DNA of 64,000 bases, taken from positions 166,431 to 230,430 of the forward strand of contig CALSOH010000003.1 of NCBI GenBank assembly GCA_943787925.1, written 5' to 3'. The first letter of the stretch is position 1; the number at the start of each line of letters is the position of its first letter. The DNA is from an uncultured Flavobacteriales bacterium (GTDB lineage Bacteria > Bacteroidota > Bacteroidia > Flavobacteriales > Schleiferiaceae). The position numbers and the translations under genes were made by a program. Under the pieces are notes generated by a model that was given only the letters and a program-made list of their open reading frames with translations, did not search any database and was not told where the DNA came from. Of this stretch, positions 21,966-30,712 are shown piece after piece.

Positions 21966-22376
21966 ATGAAAAACGTGCGGGTAATTTCCATGGGAGCCGC
22001 CGTGCTGGCAGGTTTGGCAGGCGCGATCCCCACCTTGGGGATCTGGTTCTCGGGTTCTAATAGTATGGTAGGTTCGGCCGTTGTTTTGACGGTGGTGCTC
22101 GTGATCGTCGCAGCCCTTCTAGCCGTAGCTAGTTCTGTGAATGGAATGCTGATCAACCCCACGGGTCTCCGCAGTGCGGCGATTGGTGTGGGCTCACTCC
22201 TCGGCATTTTTGTCCTGAGCTATGTGCTAGCTGACGGTTCTGATTTCGCCATGTATGAAAATGTAGATGAGACGACCACCAAATGGGTGTCTACCGGCTT
22301 AAATGCTTTCTACATCTGCTTCATCCTGGCGGTGGGAGCTGTTTTGTATTCTTCTTTGTCTCGTATTCGTAAATAA
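21966..22376 (+). CDS. small membrane protein embedded in the exbB-exbD cluster
   Basis: 136 aa with 4 hydrophobic helices. Its position between exbB and exbD is common in Bacteroidota. Confidence 0.55.
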   Translation: MKNVRVISMGAAVLAGLAGAIPTLGIWFSGSNSMVGSAVVLTVVLVIVAALLAVASSVNGMLINPTGLRSAAIGVGSLLGIFVLSYVLADGSDFAMYENVDETTTKWVSTGLNAFYICFILAVGAVLYSSLSRIRK

Positions 22377-22388
22377 GCTTTTGGCCTC

Positions 22389-22961
22389 ATGGCTAGAAAT
22401 AAACGATCCATTCCGGAAATCAATGCAGGGTCGATGGCTGACATCGCCTTCCTGCTCTTGATCTTCTTCCTGGTTACTACAACCATGGATGTGGACAAGG
22501 GCTTGATGGTGAAGCTTCCACCGTGGTCCGAAGAACCACCACCCGATAACAACGACATCCGTGAAAAGAACATTTTTGTGGTACTCGTCAACTCCAACAA
22601 CCAATTATTGGTTGAGGAGGAATACATGGAGCTCCCGAATCTTCGCGCTGCAACCAAGTTGTTCATTGATAACAATGGAGATGGCTCATGTGAGGATTGC
22701 CGTGGAGCGCGCGACCCAAAGAGTTCAGAAAACCCTTCCAAGGCGATTATTTCGCTGCAAAACGACCGGGGCACCAACTATGACATGTTTGTCAAAGTGC
22801 GCAACGAGTTGTTGGGAGCCTATTCTGAATTGCGTAATGAGCTGGCCGAACGCAAGTACGGACGTCCATACGATTTGTTGAATGAAGAGGCACAGACGGC
22901 CATTTCGGAAGTCTACCCCCAATTCATTTCTGAAGCTGAACCTGTAAGTGTAGGAGGATAA
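22389..22961 (+). CDS. exbD: ExbD/TolR biopolymer transport protein
   Basis: EINAGSMADIAFLLLIFFLVTT N-terminal TM signature. Confidence 0.88.
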   Translation: MARNKRSIPEINAGSMADIAFLLLIFFLVTTTMDVDKGLMVKLPPWSEEPPPDNNDIREKNIFVVLVNSNNQLLVEEEYMELPNLRAATKLFIDNNGDGSCEDCRGARDPKSSENPSKAIISLQNDRGTNYDMFVKVRNELLGAYSELRNELAERKYGRPYDLLNEEAQTAISEVYPQFISEAEPVSVGG

Positions 22962-23446
22962 TGGCACAGATTCGCAAGAAAAAATCCAAAGAAACTCCCC
23001 CCGTATCCACGGCCTCTCTGCCGGATATCGTGTTCATGCTGCTTTTCTTCTTCATGGTAACGACGACCATGCGCGAGGTGACTTTGTTGGTCCGCGTGAA
23101 GAAGCCCAAGGCAACAGAGATTCAGAAGTTGGACCGCAAGGATTTGACGACGTACATCTACATGGGGGCTCCCCGGAACACAGAGCTCTACGGTTCAGAA
23201 CCCCGTATCCAGCTGGACGACCAATTGGGCAGCGTGGGCGATGTACAGTCCTTTGTCATCCTCAAGCGCGAGGAAATCAACGAGGCTGAGCGTCCTAAGT
23301 TCACCGTCTCCATCAAGGCAGACATCGATGTGAAAATGGGTTTGATATCTGACTTGAAGCAAGAGCTTCGCAAGGCGCAGGCTTTGAAGATCAGCTACTC
23401 AACCAACCCTGCAGGTTCTCCGGAAGAATTGTACAAGACCTACTAA
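22961..23446 (+). CDS. exbD: ExbD/TolR biopolymer transport protein (second copy)
   Basis: TASLPDIVFMLLFFFMVTT signature. Start overlaps the upstream stop. Confidence 0.88.
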   Translation: MAQIRKKKSKETPPVSTASLPDIVFMLLFFFMVTTTMREVTLLVRVKKPKATEIQKLDRKDLTTYIYMGAPRNTELYGSEPRIQLDDQLGSVGDVQSFVILKREEINEAERPKFTVSIKADIDVKMGLISDLKQELRKAQALKISYSTNPAGSPEELYKTY

Positions 23447-23472
23447 GCGTTCTAAACGTCTATACCACAAAT

Positions 23473-23500
23473 GCCCGGCGCGAAAGTGTCGGGCTTTTTT
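23473..23500 (+). terminator. rho-independent terminator after exbD2
   Basis: GCCCG...CGGGC hairpin followed by TTTTTT. Confidence 0.7.
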
Positions 23501-23504
23501 ATTG

Positions 23505-23553
23505 GCTAGAGAGCTAGAGAGCTAGAGGGCTGGGAAGCTAGAGGGCTAGGAGG
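23505..23553 (+). repeat. 8-bp tandem array (GCTAGAGR) x6, the linker motif of the CTAG repeat family
   Basis: gctagaga gctagaga gctagagg gctgggaa gctagagg gctaggag. The last unit contains the stop codon of the minus-strand four-helix-bundle gene. Confidence 0.9.
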
Positions 23554-23959
23554 AAGCAGGGCTTTTCATGTCTTCATGCTTCTTGACCGAATGGTGCTTC
23601 CTTTTTTCAGATGTACTGGTTTTGCTAAGTAAAGCGTTAAGGGAGATTTTGAGCTTTTTGGCTTCTTCTATCAATGCGGGAGTGTGGAATACACCTGGCT
23701 GGAGTTTTTCCAAAATGTACAGGAGACTCATGACTTCATCTAGAGACCCTCTGCTTATTCGGAGAAAATAGGCAAACTCCTTATCCCGGCCTCTCCCGGA
23801 GCCTTCGGCAATATTCAGGTGGATGGAAAGGGTCGCCCGCAAAAGTTGATTCTTGAGGTAAAACTCACGGCTAAAAAAGGAATGGTAGCTGAGTTCATGG
23901 ACTTTCAAAAAGAAGTTTTGGCTCGAATGCCAGACGCGCAAGGAGGTGTAGTCAATCAT
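23546..23959 (-). CDS. four-helix-bundle protein (23S rRNA intervening-sequence protein / Avd-like family)
   Basis: MIDYTSLRVWHSSQNF, LRATLSIHLNIAEGSGR, RISRGSLDEV, characteristic of the family. GC is lower than in the neighbouring genes. Start taken at the internal Met. Confidence 0.8.
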   Translation of the reverse strand: MIDYTSLRVWHSSQNFFLKVHELSYHSFFSREFYLKNQLLRATLSIHLNIAEGSGRGRDKEFAYFLRISRGSLDEVMSLLYILEKLQPGVFHTPALIEEAKKLKISLNALLSKTSTSEKRKHHSVKKHEDMKSPASS

Positions 23960-24045
23960 GCCTACAAGTACGTACACCTTCTAAATGCAATCGGGAATAA
24001 ACGAAACAAAGTGTTTTAAATGGTTGGAATATGAAGCTCCAGCTC

Positions 24046-24220
24046 CAGGGCGAAGCCCGAGCCCTCTAGCCCTCTGGCTACAGCGCGTAGCGCGTGCTCT
24101 CTAGCCCTCTGGCTACAGCGCGTAGCGCGTGCTCTCTAGCCCTCTGGCTACAGCGCGTAGCGCGTGCCCTCTAGCCCTCTAGCTACAGCGCGTAGCGCGT
24201 GCTCTCTAGCCCTCTACCCT
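24046..24220 (-). repeat. CTAG-rich hairpin repeat array, 5 x 35 bp, overlapping the CPBP gene stop codon
   Basis: CAGGGCGAAGCCCGAGCCCTCTAGCCCTCTGGCTA followed by four near-identical CAGCGCGTAGCGCGTGCTCTCTAGCCCTCTGGCTA units. Confidence 0.92.
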
Positions 24221-25063
24221 CCTCCTATTCAGGAGAATCCCCAATAATATGGCTAGCCCAGTTGACACGATAATACCCCACCAAGGAACATCCACCTCCA
24301 GGTTCCCGTATTGATTGGGTCCAGCATCAAGGGTCCAATAGTAGGTGAGGCCATTATGGAGAACATGTGCGCCCATAGTGACCCAGAGACGCCCGGAAAG
24401 CCAGTACAGACCGCCTAGGATGAGTCCAGCGCCCAGCAAGAAGGGCCATTGCACGAAGTTCATGTGACCCAGCGCAAAGGCGAGGGAGGCGCCCAGGATG
24501 GCGAGAAGGGGGCTAGTTCGGTCGTGCAGGAGGCGTTGAACGGCGCCGCGGAAGAGGATTTCTTCGGAAAGTGCGGCGACCAAGACAAAGGTGGCCAGGC
24601 TAAAGAGTTGATCGGCCAGGGTGGGGAAGAAGAGCATTTTTTCGACGGCGCGGTCGGAGGCGTGGGCGGATTCGAAGTGGGGCGCCATGAAGGCCCAATC
24701 GGCGGAGAGGGTGGACCAGAGTTCGGTGCACCAGGAGAGGAAGGGAAGGCTCAAGGGGAGGATGGCCCAGGCGAGGAGGCTGTCAATCCACGACCAGGGA
24801 CCTTGCGGCAAGGTGGGAACGAGGGGTTTTTCGCGCCAACGTTGCATCAGGTAGAGGCCGGGCAGGGCGAACATGAAGAGTGTGTATAGGGCTTGACCCA
24901 GGAGAAGGGCGCGGCCGGCGCTGGCTTCGGGGCGTGCGACAATGTCCTCAATGGTCATTCCGGTGTAGCCAAAAAATTGAAGGGCTTTCGGCGCGAAAAG
25001 ACCGGCCAACAAGGTGCCCGCCAAGATGGCTAAAAGGAGGGTGAGGACTTCGCGTTGCTTCAT
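24206..25063 (-). CDS. CPBP-family intramembrane glutamic endopeptidase (CAAX protease-like)
   Basis: Multi-TM protein with SEEILFRG and ALGHMNF motifs. Start set at MKQREVL, because the longer ORF overlaps dusB antisense. Confidence 0.8.
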   Translation of the reverse strand: MKQREVLTLLLAILAGTLLAGLFAPKALQFFGYTGMTIEDIVARPEASAGRALLLGQALYTLFMFALPGLYLMQRWREKPLVPTLPQGPWSWIDSLLAWAILPLSLPFLSWCTELWSTLSADWAFMAPHFESAHASDRAVEKMLFFPTLADQLFSLATFVLVAALSEEILFRGAVQRLLHDRTSPLLAILGASLAFALGHMNFVQWPFLLGAGLILGGLYWLSGRLWVTMGAHVLHNGLTYYWTLDAGPNQYGNLEVDVPWWGIIVSTGLAILLGILLNRRRVEG

Positions 25064-25087
25064 AGAATGGGGAAGATAGGTATGCCG

Positions 25088-25095
25088 TAATTTTG
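25088..25095 (+). promoter_or_regulatory. candidate -7 box (TAATTTTG) upstream of dusB
   Basis: TAnnTTTG match 20 nt upstream of the ATG at 25116. No clear -33 element. Confidence 0.35.
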
Positions 25096-25115
25096 CGGGA
25101 CTAAAAATCGTATAA

Positions 25116-26111
25116 ATGGCGCGGATTGCGGATATCGAATTAGGGGATTTCCCATTATTGCTTGCTCCGATGGAGGATGTGAGCGATCCGCCTTTCCGTG
25201 CGCTGTGCAAGCAGCACGGTGCTGATTTGATGTATACCGAATTTATTTCGTCGGAGGGCTTGATTCGGGATGCCACAAAATCGGTGGCCAAATTGGATAT
25301 TTTCGAGTACGAGCGCCCCATAGGCATCCAAATTTTTGGAGCCGAAATTGACTCCATGCGCGAAGCCGCCGCCATCTGCGAGGAGGCCAATCCCGACATC
25401 ATCGACATCAACTACGGCTGCCCTGTCAAGAAGGTGGCCTGCAAGGGTGCCGGAGCGGGAATCCTCCAGAATATCCCCAAGATGGTCAGCATGACAGCGG
25501 AAATTGTCAAAGCCGTCAACAAGCCGGTCACCGTGAAAACGCGTTTGGGCTGGGACGAGGATAGCAAATACATTGTGGAAGTGGCCGAACGCCTGCAAGA
25601 CGTGGGCATCCAAGCGATCAGCATCCACGGCCGAACCCGCAAGCAGATGTACAAAGGCGATGCGGACTGGACCCTAATCGGCGAAGTCAAGAACAACTCG
25701 CGCATGACCATCCCCGTCTTTGGGAACGGTGACATCGACAGCCCCGAAAAGGCCATCGAAATGCGCGACAAATACGGCGTCGACGGCGTCATGATTGGCC
25801 GCGCCTCCATCGGCTACCCCTGGATTTTCAACGAAATCAAGCACTTCATGGCGACCGGCCAGCACCTCGCTGCCCCCTCCCTGGAGGACCGCGTTCAGGC
25901 TGCGCGCCGGCACCTAGAATTGGCCATTCAATGGAAGGGCGAAGGGCTTGCCATTACGGAGACGCGCCGGCACTACGGCAATTACTTCCGCGACTTCCCC
26001 AATTTCAAAGACTACCGCATGACGCTAGTGACCTCCAACGAGGTCGATGAACTCATGGCCACTTTTGATGCGATCATTGAAGAATACGGCCCGAGCTTGG
26101 CCCTGGTCTAA
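25116..26111 (+). CDS. dusB: tRNA-dihydrouridine synthase
   Basis: LAPMEDVSDPPFR, INYGCPVKKV and GNGDI motifs. 331 aa. Confidence 0.92.
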   Translation: MARIADIELGDFPLLLAPMEDVSDPPFRALCKQHGADLMYTEFISSEGLIRDATKSVAKLDIFEYERPIGIQIFGAEIDSMREAAAICEEANPDIIDINYGCPVKKVACKGAGAGILQNIPKMVSMTAEIVKAVNKPVTVKTRLGWDEDSKYIVEVAERLQDVGIQAISIHGRTRKQMYKGDADWTLIGEVKNNSRMTIPVFGNGDIDSPEKAIEMRDKYGVDGVMIGRASIGYPWIFNEIKHFMATGQHLAAPSLEDRVQAARRHLELAIQWKGEGLAITETRRHYGNYFRDFPNFKDYRMTLVTSNEVDELMATFDAIIEEYGPSLALV

Positions 26112-26117
26112 AGGCGA

Positions 26118-27317
26118 TTAGGATTGGCCACGAAGTCCACTCAATGGACTCTGCAAGCGGGCCGTGGCGCCCCAGCCTAGGAGGGCGCCTACGAACAAAA
26201 CGAAGGCAAATACGACCAAGGATTGCCCCGCATGGAATGCCATGGGGTAGGATTCCACCACATAGCCTGACCCCAATTTGACCCATCCAAACGTGGATTG
26301 ACCCCAGACGAGCAGCGTGCCGAGAATCCATCCCCCCAGTCCTCCAACCGCACTGACCCACATGGCACTCCACCAGAAGCTGCGACGCACCTGTGTTTCA
26401 GACATGCCCATGGCGCGTAGAATGGCCCGCTGCTGGACTTTCTCCATGCCGAGCAACACGGTGGCACTGTAGAGCCCTAGAGAGGCTAGAAGCACGATAA
26501 ATGCGAGAATAGCGCTCGTGATCATGCCTTCACTGCGCATCACCCGGAATAGTGCGGCCTCGCGATCTTCGGGTGTTTGGCCCATAAGGGCTTCTCCGTG
26601 CGAACCGACTAGTGCCAGCACTTCTTCCTTCGTCCGTCCCCAACAATGAATGGCATCTATCCGCTCGTCGTGGGTCCAACCTTGAAGGGTGGTCAAGTCA
26701 ACTACGATGTGCTGTTGGTCGATTTGAGGGTGGACAAAAAAGATGGCCTCGGGAGACAGGATTTCCCGATGGAATGCGGAGGATAGGTCAAAACTGGCCC
26801 CCATGTCCGATCGCGGCCATAACAGTTCCAGGCTCTCGCGGCCGCTTAATTCTAGGTATCCCAGCTGACCAGCCACGCCATAGCCCAAATAAGTCACCCC
26901 AGGATAGCCCTGAGGCATGAGGGCGGATGTCAAGGAGTCCATCCATGGATGGGCGGTCCATAGGGGCTGAGGCATTCCCTCTACCGTGACAAGCACTTCG
27001 CGCTGCGCCGAACGCAACAGGGCTTTTTGAGATTGGACTGGTATCCAGGTGAGTCCGGAGTCTGACTCCAAGGCGGCGATGTGCTCGGATGTCAGATCAA
27101 ACCGAGACCCCTCGCGGTGGACCAATGTGACCTCAGGGTGCACGTTTTGGTAGGTTTCCAGCACCAATTCTTCCAAGCCATTGAACGCGGACAGCACCAA
27201 AATCATCGCGGAGGTCCCGACTGTGACGCCCGCGGCAGCCGCCCAGGTGACATAGGTCGAGAGCGTACGCCCCCGCAAGAAGCGTCCCCCGAGTTTCGCT
27301 GGATGGGACGGATTCAA
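26118..27317 (-). CDS. FtsX-like ABC transporter permease (LolC/E-like)
   Basis: N-terminal TM helix, large periplasmic loop, C-terminal FtsX domain with 3 TM helices. Adjacent to rbfA, as is common in Bacteroidota. Confidence 0.8.
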   Translation of the reverse strand: MNPSHPAKLGGRFLRGRTLSTYVTWAAAAGVTVGTSAMILVLSAFNGLEELVLETYQNVHPEVTLVHREGSRFDLTSEHIAALESDSGLTWIPVQSQKALLRSAQREVLVTVEGMPQPLWTAHPWMDSLTSALMPQGYPGVTYLGYGVAGQLGYLELSGRESLELLWPRSDMGASFDLSSAFHREILSPEAIFFVHPQIDQQHIVVDLTTLQGWTHDERIDAIHCWGRTKEEVLALVGSHGEALMGQTPEDREAALFRVMRSEGMITSAILAFIVLLASLGLYSATVLLGMEKVQQRAILRAMGMSETQVRRSFWWSAMWVSAVGGLGGWILGTLLVWGQSTFGWVKLGSGYVVESYPMAFHAGQSLVVFAFVLFVGALLGWGATARLQSPLSGLRGQS

Positions 27318-27323
27318 GGGCGT

Positions 27324-27683
27324 TTATTTAATGGGGTTTTCACCTCCTTCGCGGAGCAGTCGATCGATATTTGCTTCGTACTCCATGGAGTCATCGAGGT
27401 GGTAGTGCAAGGCGGGAATGATGCGCAACTGATTGCGCACTTTTTGAGCCAACGCGGCGCGTAATTTCGGGGCCTGGTCCTCGCAAAAGGCCATGACGGA
27501 TTCAGATCGATCGGTGGGAAAAACGGACAGGTATACCCGACACAGGCCCAAATCCGGGGATACGCGAACTTTGCTCACCGAGACGAGGGTGCCGGGAAAA
27601 TCACTGGCGGCGTTGGCGCGAAAAATTTCGGCGAGATCTCGCTGCAATAAACTAGCAATTTTCTTTTGACGCGTGCTTTCCAT
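27324..27683 (-). CDS. rbfA: ribosome-binding factor A
   Basis: 119 aa, with the pattern RQKKIASLLQRDLAEIF ... VSVSKVRVSPDLGLCRVYLS. Confidence 0.9.
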   Translation of the reverse strand: MESTRQKKIASLLQRDLAEIFRANAASDFPGTLVSVSKVRVSPDLGLCRVYLSVFPTDRSESVMAFCEDQAPKLRAALAQKVRNQLRIIPALHYHLDDSMEYEANIDRLLREGGENPIK

Positions 27684-27731
27684 GAGGCAAAAGTACGCCG
27701 GTACTCGGGATAAGGCAGTACTTTCGTGGGG

Positions 27732-29618
27732 ATGACCCCATTGCGACGGATTTTAGGGATGGCGGGCGCCTATCGCGGCGCTTTTTCCGGGGCAGCGCTA
27801 TTTTATGTGCTGTATACCGTCGTGTCTCTCGTGTCCCTCGGGATGATTATCCCCGTACTGGATGTCATTCTCGTGCCGGAGGGCGCGCAGGAAGTCCGGC
27901 ATTTTCCCGCGGGCTGGGGCGACATGAACGCCCAGGATTGGGTGGCCCATTATGTGGCTCAGGCGGTCAGCCGCTATGGTTCCTTGGGAACCCTTTGGCG
28001 TGTATCCTTGGCGGCATTTGGATTGTTTATCCTAAAGAATGCCTTCCGCTACATCGCCTTGTGGCACATGGCCACCCTTCGGACGGGCATTACGGCCACG
28101 CTTCGCCAGGCGCTCCATCAAAAAGTGATGCGTTTGAGTCCTGCTACGATGCAAGAAAGCCGAAAGGGCGATATTTTGGCCCGGTCCTCAACCGATGTCA
28201 CGGAAATTGAATGGGCCATTTTAACCGGGTTGGAGCTGCTTGTGCGCGAACCCCTCGTCATTCTTGGCTCGCTGATTGTCTTGGTGGTGATGAGTGCCAA
28301 ACTCACCCTGCTTCTAGTGGTGGTGGGCCCACTTGCAGCATGGCTCCTCAATCGGGTAAGTAAGCATTTAAAACGGAAATCTTCCACCGCTCAAGACCGC
28401 TTAGGTCAGGTCTTATCTGCCCTGGAAGAAAGCATTAGCGGGCTGCGTATTCTCCAAGCATTTCAAGCCGAAGCATACCAGCAAAACCGATTCGAGCAGG
28501 TCAACCAAGGAGCCTTTTCCGCGACGCGCGACGTGCACCGCCGAAGAGATCTGGCGAGCCCGCTGTCCGAATTGATCGGTGTGTTCGCCTTGTTGCTCAT
28601 CCTGTTTTACGGAGGGCGTGAGGTCCTGCTCGGTCATGGGCTGACGGGAGCCACGCTGGTGGCGTACTTGCTCTTCTTCTACCAGCTCATCCCGGCCTTC
28701 AAGTCGGTTTCCATGGCCCTCTACAACCTGCAAAAGGGCAATGCGGCGGCGGAGAGACTCTTTGAGGTCTTGGACCTCCCCGAAACCCTGCGCGACCCCG
28801 ACGTGACGGAAGCCTGGACCTGCCCCGCCAACGGTCCCGAAACCATTGAATTCCGGAACCTCCACTTTACCTACCCCGGCGCTTCCCGCCCCGCCCTCCA
28901 AAACTTCAACCTGACGATTGAGCGTGGCCAAACGGTCGCCCTCGTCGGCCCCTCCGGAGGCGGTAAATCCACCCTCATCCACCTCGCCCTTCGGGCCATG
29001 GACCCCGACCAAGGAGGCATCTTCTTGGAGGGTCATCCCATTGCGCCGTACCGAGGCGAAGCACATGAGGCGCATGAAATGCAACGCCCGCCCATGCCCT
29101 TGCAGGACCTGCGGGCCGTCATGGGCCTAGTGACCCAAGACCCCATCCTCTTCCATGGCACCGCACTGGAAAATATTGCCTTGGGGGATGCGTCTCCCGA
29201 TTTGGATCGCGCCAAGAAGGCCGCCAAAGATGCCCAGGCCCTAGCCTTCATCGAGGACTTGCCCGGCGGATGGAATCACATCTTGGCTGAGGGTGGGCAG
29301 TCCCTGTCGGGCGGTCAGCGTCAGCGCATGGCTTTGGCGCGTGCGCTCTACCGAAATGCCCCCATACTGCTTCTGGATGAAGCCACCTCCGCCTTGGATG
29401 CCGAAAATGAACGCCTCGTGCAGGAGGCGCTGGACGCAGCAAGTTCGGGCCGAACGACCCTCGTCGTAGCCCACCGTCTGGCCACCGTCCAGAAAGCAGA
29501 TCGTATCCTTGTGCTGGATCAGGGCCAAATCGTCGAGGACGGGAATCACCCGCAATTGCTCGCCAAGGGCGGGCTGTATGCTACCTTGGTACAAACGCAA
29601 GCACTGCAAAGCACATGA
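27732..29618 (+). CDS. ABC transporter ATP-binding/permease protein (MsbA-like exporter)
   Basis: Six-TM exporter domain, Walker A GPSGGGKST, signature LSGGQRQR, Walker B LLLDEATSALD. ATG at 27732 preferred over GTG at 27726. Confidence 0.88.
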   Translation: MTPLRRILGMAGAYRGAFSGAALFYVLYTVVSLVSLGMIIPVLDVILVPEGAQEVRHFPAGWGDMNAQDWVAHYVAQAVSRYGSLGTLWRVSLAAFGLFILKNAFRYIALWHMATLRTGITATLRQALHQKVMRLSPATMQESRKGDILARSSTDVTEIEWAILTGLELLVREPLVILGSLIVLVVMSAKLTLLLVVVGPLAAWLLNRVSKHLKRKSSTAQDRLGQVLSALEESISGLRILQAFQAEAYQQNRFEQVNQGAFSATRDVHRRRDLASPLSELIGVFALLLILFYGGREVLLGHGLTGATLVAYLLFFYQLIPAFKSVSMALYNLQKGNAAAERLFEVLDLPETLRDPDVTEAWTCPANGPETIEFRNLHFTYPGASRPALQNFNLTIERGQTVALVGPSGGGKSTLIHLALRAMDPDQGGIFLEGHPIAPYRGEAHEAHEMQRPPMPLQDLRAVMGLVTQDPILFHGTALENIALGDASPDLDRAKKAAKDAQALAFIEDLPGGWNHILAEGGQSLSGGQRQRMALARALYRNAPILLLDEATSALDAENERLVQEALDAASSGRTTLVVAHRLATVQKADRILVLDQGQIVEDGNHPQLLAKGGLYATLVQTQALQST

Positions 29619-30031
29619 CCTCCCCCCACTTCACTCACATCGACCACCTCGGGATAGCCGTGGCCAATTTGGCAGAGGCGGAAGCCCGTTATACGGCGAT
29701 GTTTGGCGTGGAACCCTACAAACGGGAAGAAGTGGAGCGCGAAGGGGTGATGACGAGTTTTTTCCAGGTGGGCCCCAACAAGATTGAGCTTTTGGAGGCG
29801 ACGAAGGCAGACAGCCCTATTGCCAAGCATGTGGAGAAGCGCGGGGAAGGGTTGCACCATGTGGCCTATTTGGTGAAGGACATTCGGGCCGAAATGGCGC
29901 GCCTCAAAGCGGAAGGTTTTCAGCTGCTGAGTGAGGAGCCCAAGCCGGGCGCTGACGGCATGTTAGTGGCCTTTGTGCACCCCAGGACGGCGGGAGGCGT
30001 GCTCGTAGAGCTTTGCCAGCCCCAATTCTAA
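29615..30031 (+). CDS. mce: methylmalonyl-CoA epimerase (VOC family)
   Basis: HIDHLGIAV, IELLE, SPIAKHVEKRGEGLHHVAY, VLVELCQ. ATGA overlap with the upstream gene. Confidence 0.85.
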   Translation: MTSPHFTHIDHLGIAVANLAEAEARYTAMFGVEPYKREEVEREGVMTSFFQVGPNKIELLEATKADSPIAKHVEKRGEGLHHVAYLVKDIRAEMARLKAEGFQLLSEEPKPGADGMLVAFVHPRTAGGVLVELCQPQF

Positions 30032-30037
30032 TCGATG

Positions 30038-30703
30038 CTAGATGAACTGCTTGGCCTTCCAACCGTGTTGGAGGGCGGCTTCGACGTTGGCGGCGTTGTC
30101 GTCGAGGAAAAATACCTGTGAGGCGTCTTTGATGCCCAAGTGGCGGTCGACGGCTTGGTAGATGCTGGGGTCGGGCTTTCGGAGGCCGAGGTCGTAGGAA
30201 TAGAAGACGTTTTGGAAGCAGCGGGTGAATTCGGCATAGGCGCGGAGGCCCAGGCGGCGCTTGACTTCGTCGATGTGAATTCGGTTGGTATTGCTAAGAA
30301 CATGCAACGTGTAGTTCTGGCCGAGGGCGCGAAGTTGGCCCATCAACCAGGGCTGCAGGTCCAAAAGCAGGGCATTCCACGCGTGGTCAATGCTGGAATC
30401 GGCCGCGGCATAACGGAGGTGCTGGCGAAAGGCCCCCCGGAATTCGGCGGAGGTGATGGCATCCGTTTCAATCGCTTGGTAGGCGTTGTGCGTTTGGTAG
30501 CCCAGCTCGCCCACGGTAAACGTGGGACGGGCCCCTAAAGCCGTAAAAGCCTCAGCGCTGAGGCGGGGCTCGATGTCAATGAGCACTTTGCCAAAGTCCA
30601 AAACAATGTGCCGGGCATCGCCGGCCCATTCGGCGATCTCGTGGGCACGAAACCGTCGAATGGGAGGCAATGGAGCCGGTAAAGCGGAGGTAAACAGGGG
30701 CAT
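30038..30703 (-). CDS. HAD-superfamily hydrolase (subfamily IA-like)
   Basis: VLDFGKVLID (motif I variant), LSNTN (motif II), KPDP ... FLDDNAANV (motifs III/IV). Confidence 0.75.
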   Translation of the reverse strand: MPLFTSALPAPLPPIRRFRAHEIAEWAGDARHIVLDFGKVLIDIEPRLSAEAFTALGARPTFTVGELGYQTHNAYQAIETDAITSAEFRGAFRQHLRYAAADSSIDHAWNALLLDLQPWLMGQLRALGQNYTLHVLSNTNRIHIDEVKRRLGLRAYAEFTRCFQNVFYSYDLGLRKPDPSIYQAVDRHLGIKDASQVFFLDDNAANVEAALQHGWKAKQFI

Positions 30704-30712
30704 GCGAGGCAG

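Noticed and set aside
23546-23959. Diversity-generating retroelement centred on the Avd-like four-helix-bundle gene
   Set aside because: No reverse transcriptase and no template/variable repeat pair with adenine-specific differences are visible anywhere in the window.
24046-24220. CRISPR array interpretation of the 35-bp tandem repeats (also 17256-17450)
   Set aside because: Units abut one another with no unique spacers, no cas genes are nearby, and the period and content match the dispersed hairpin family instead.
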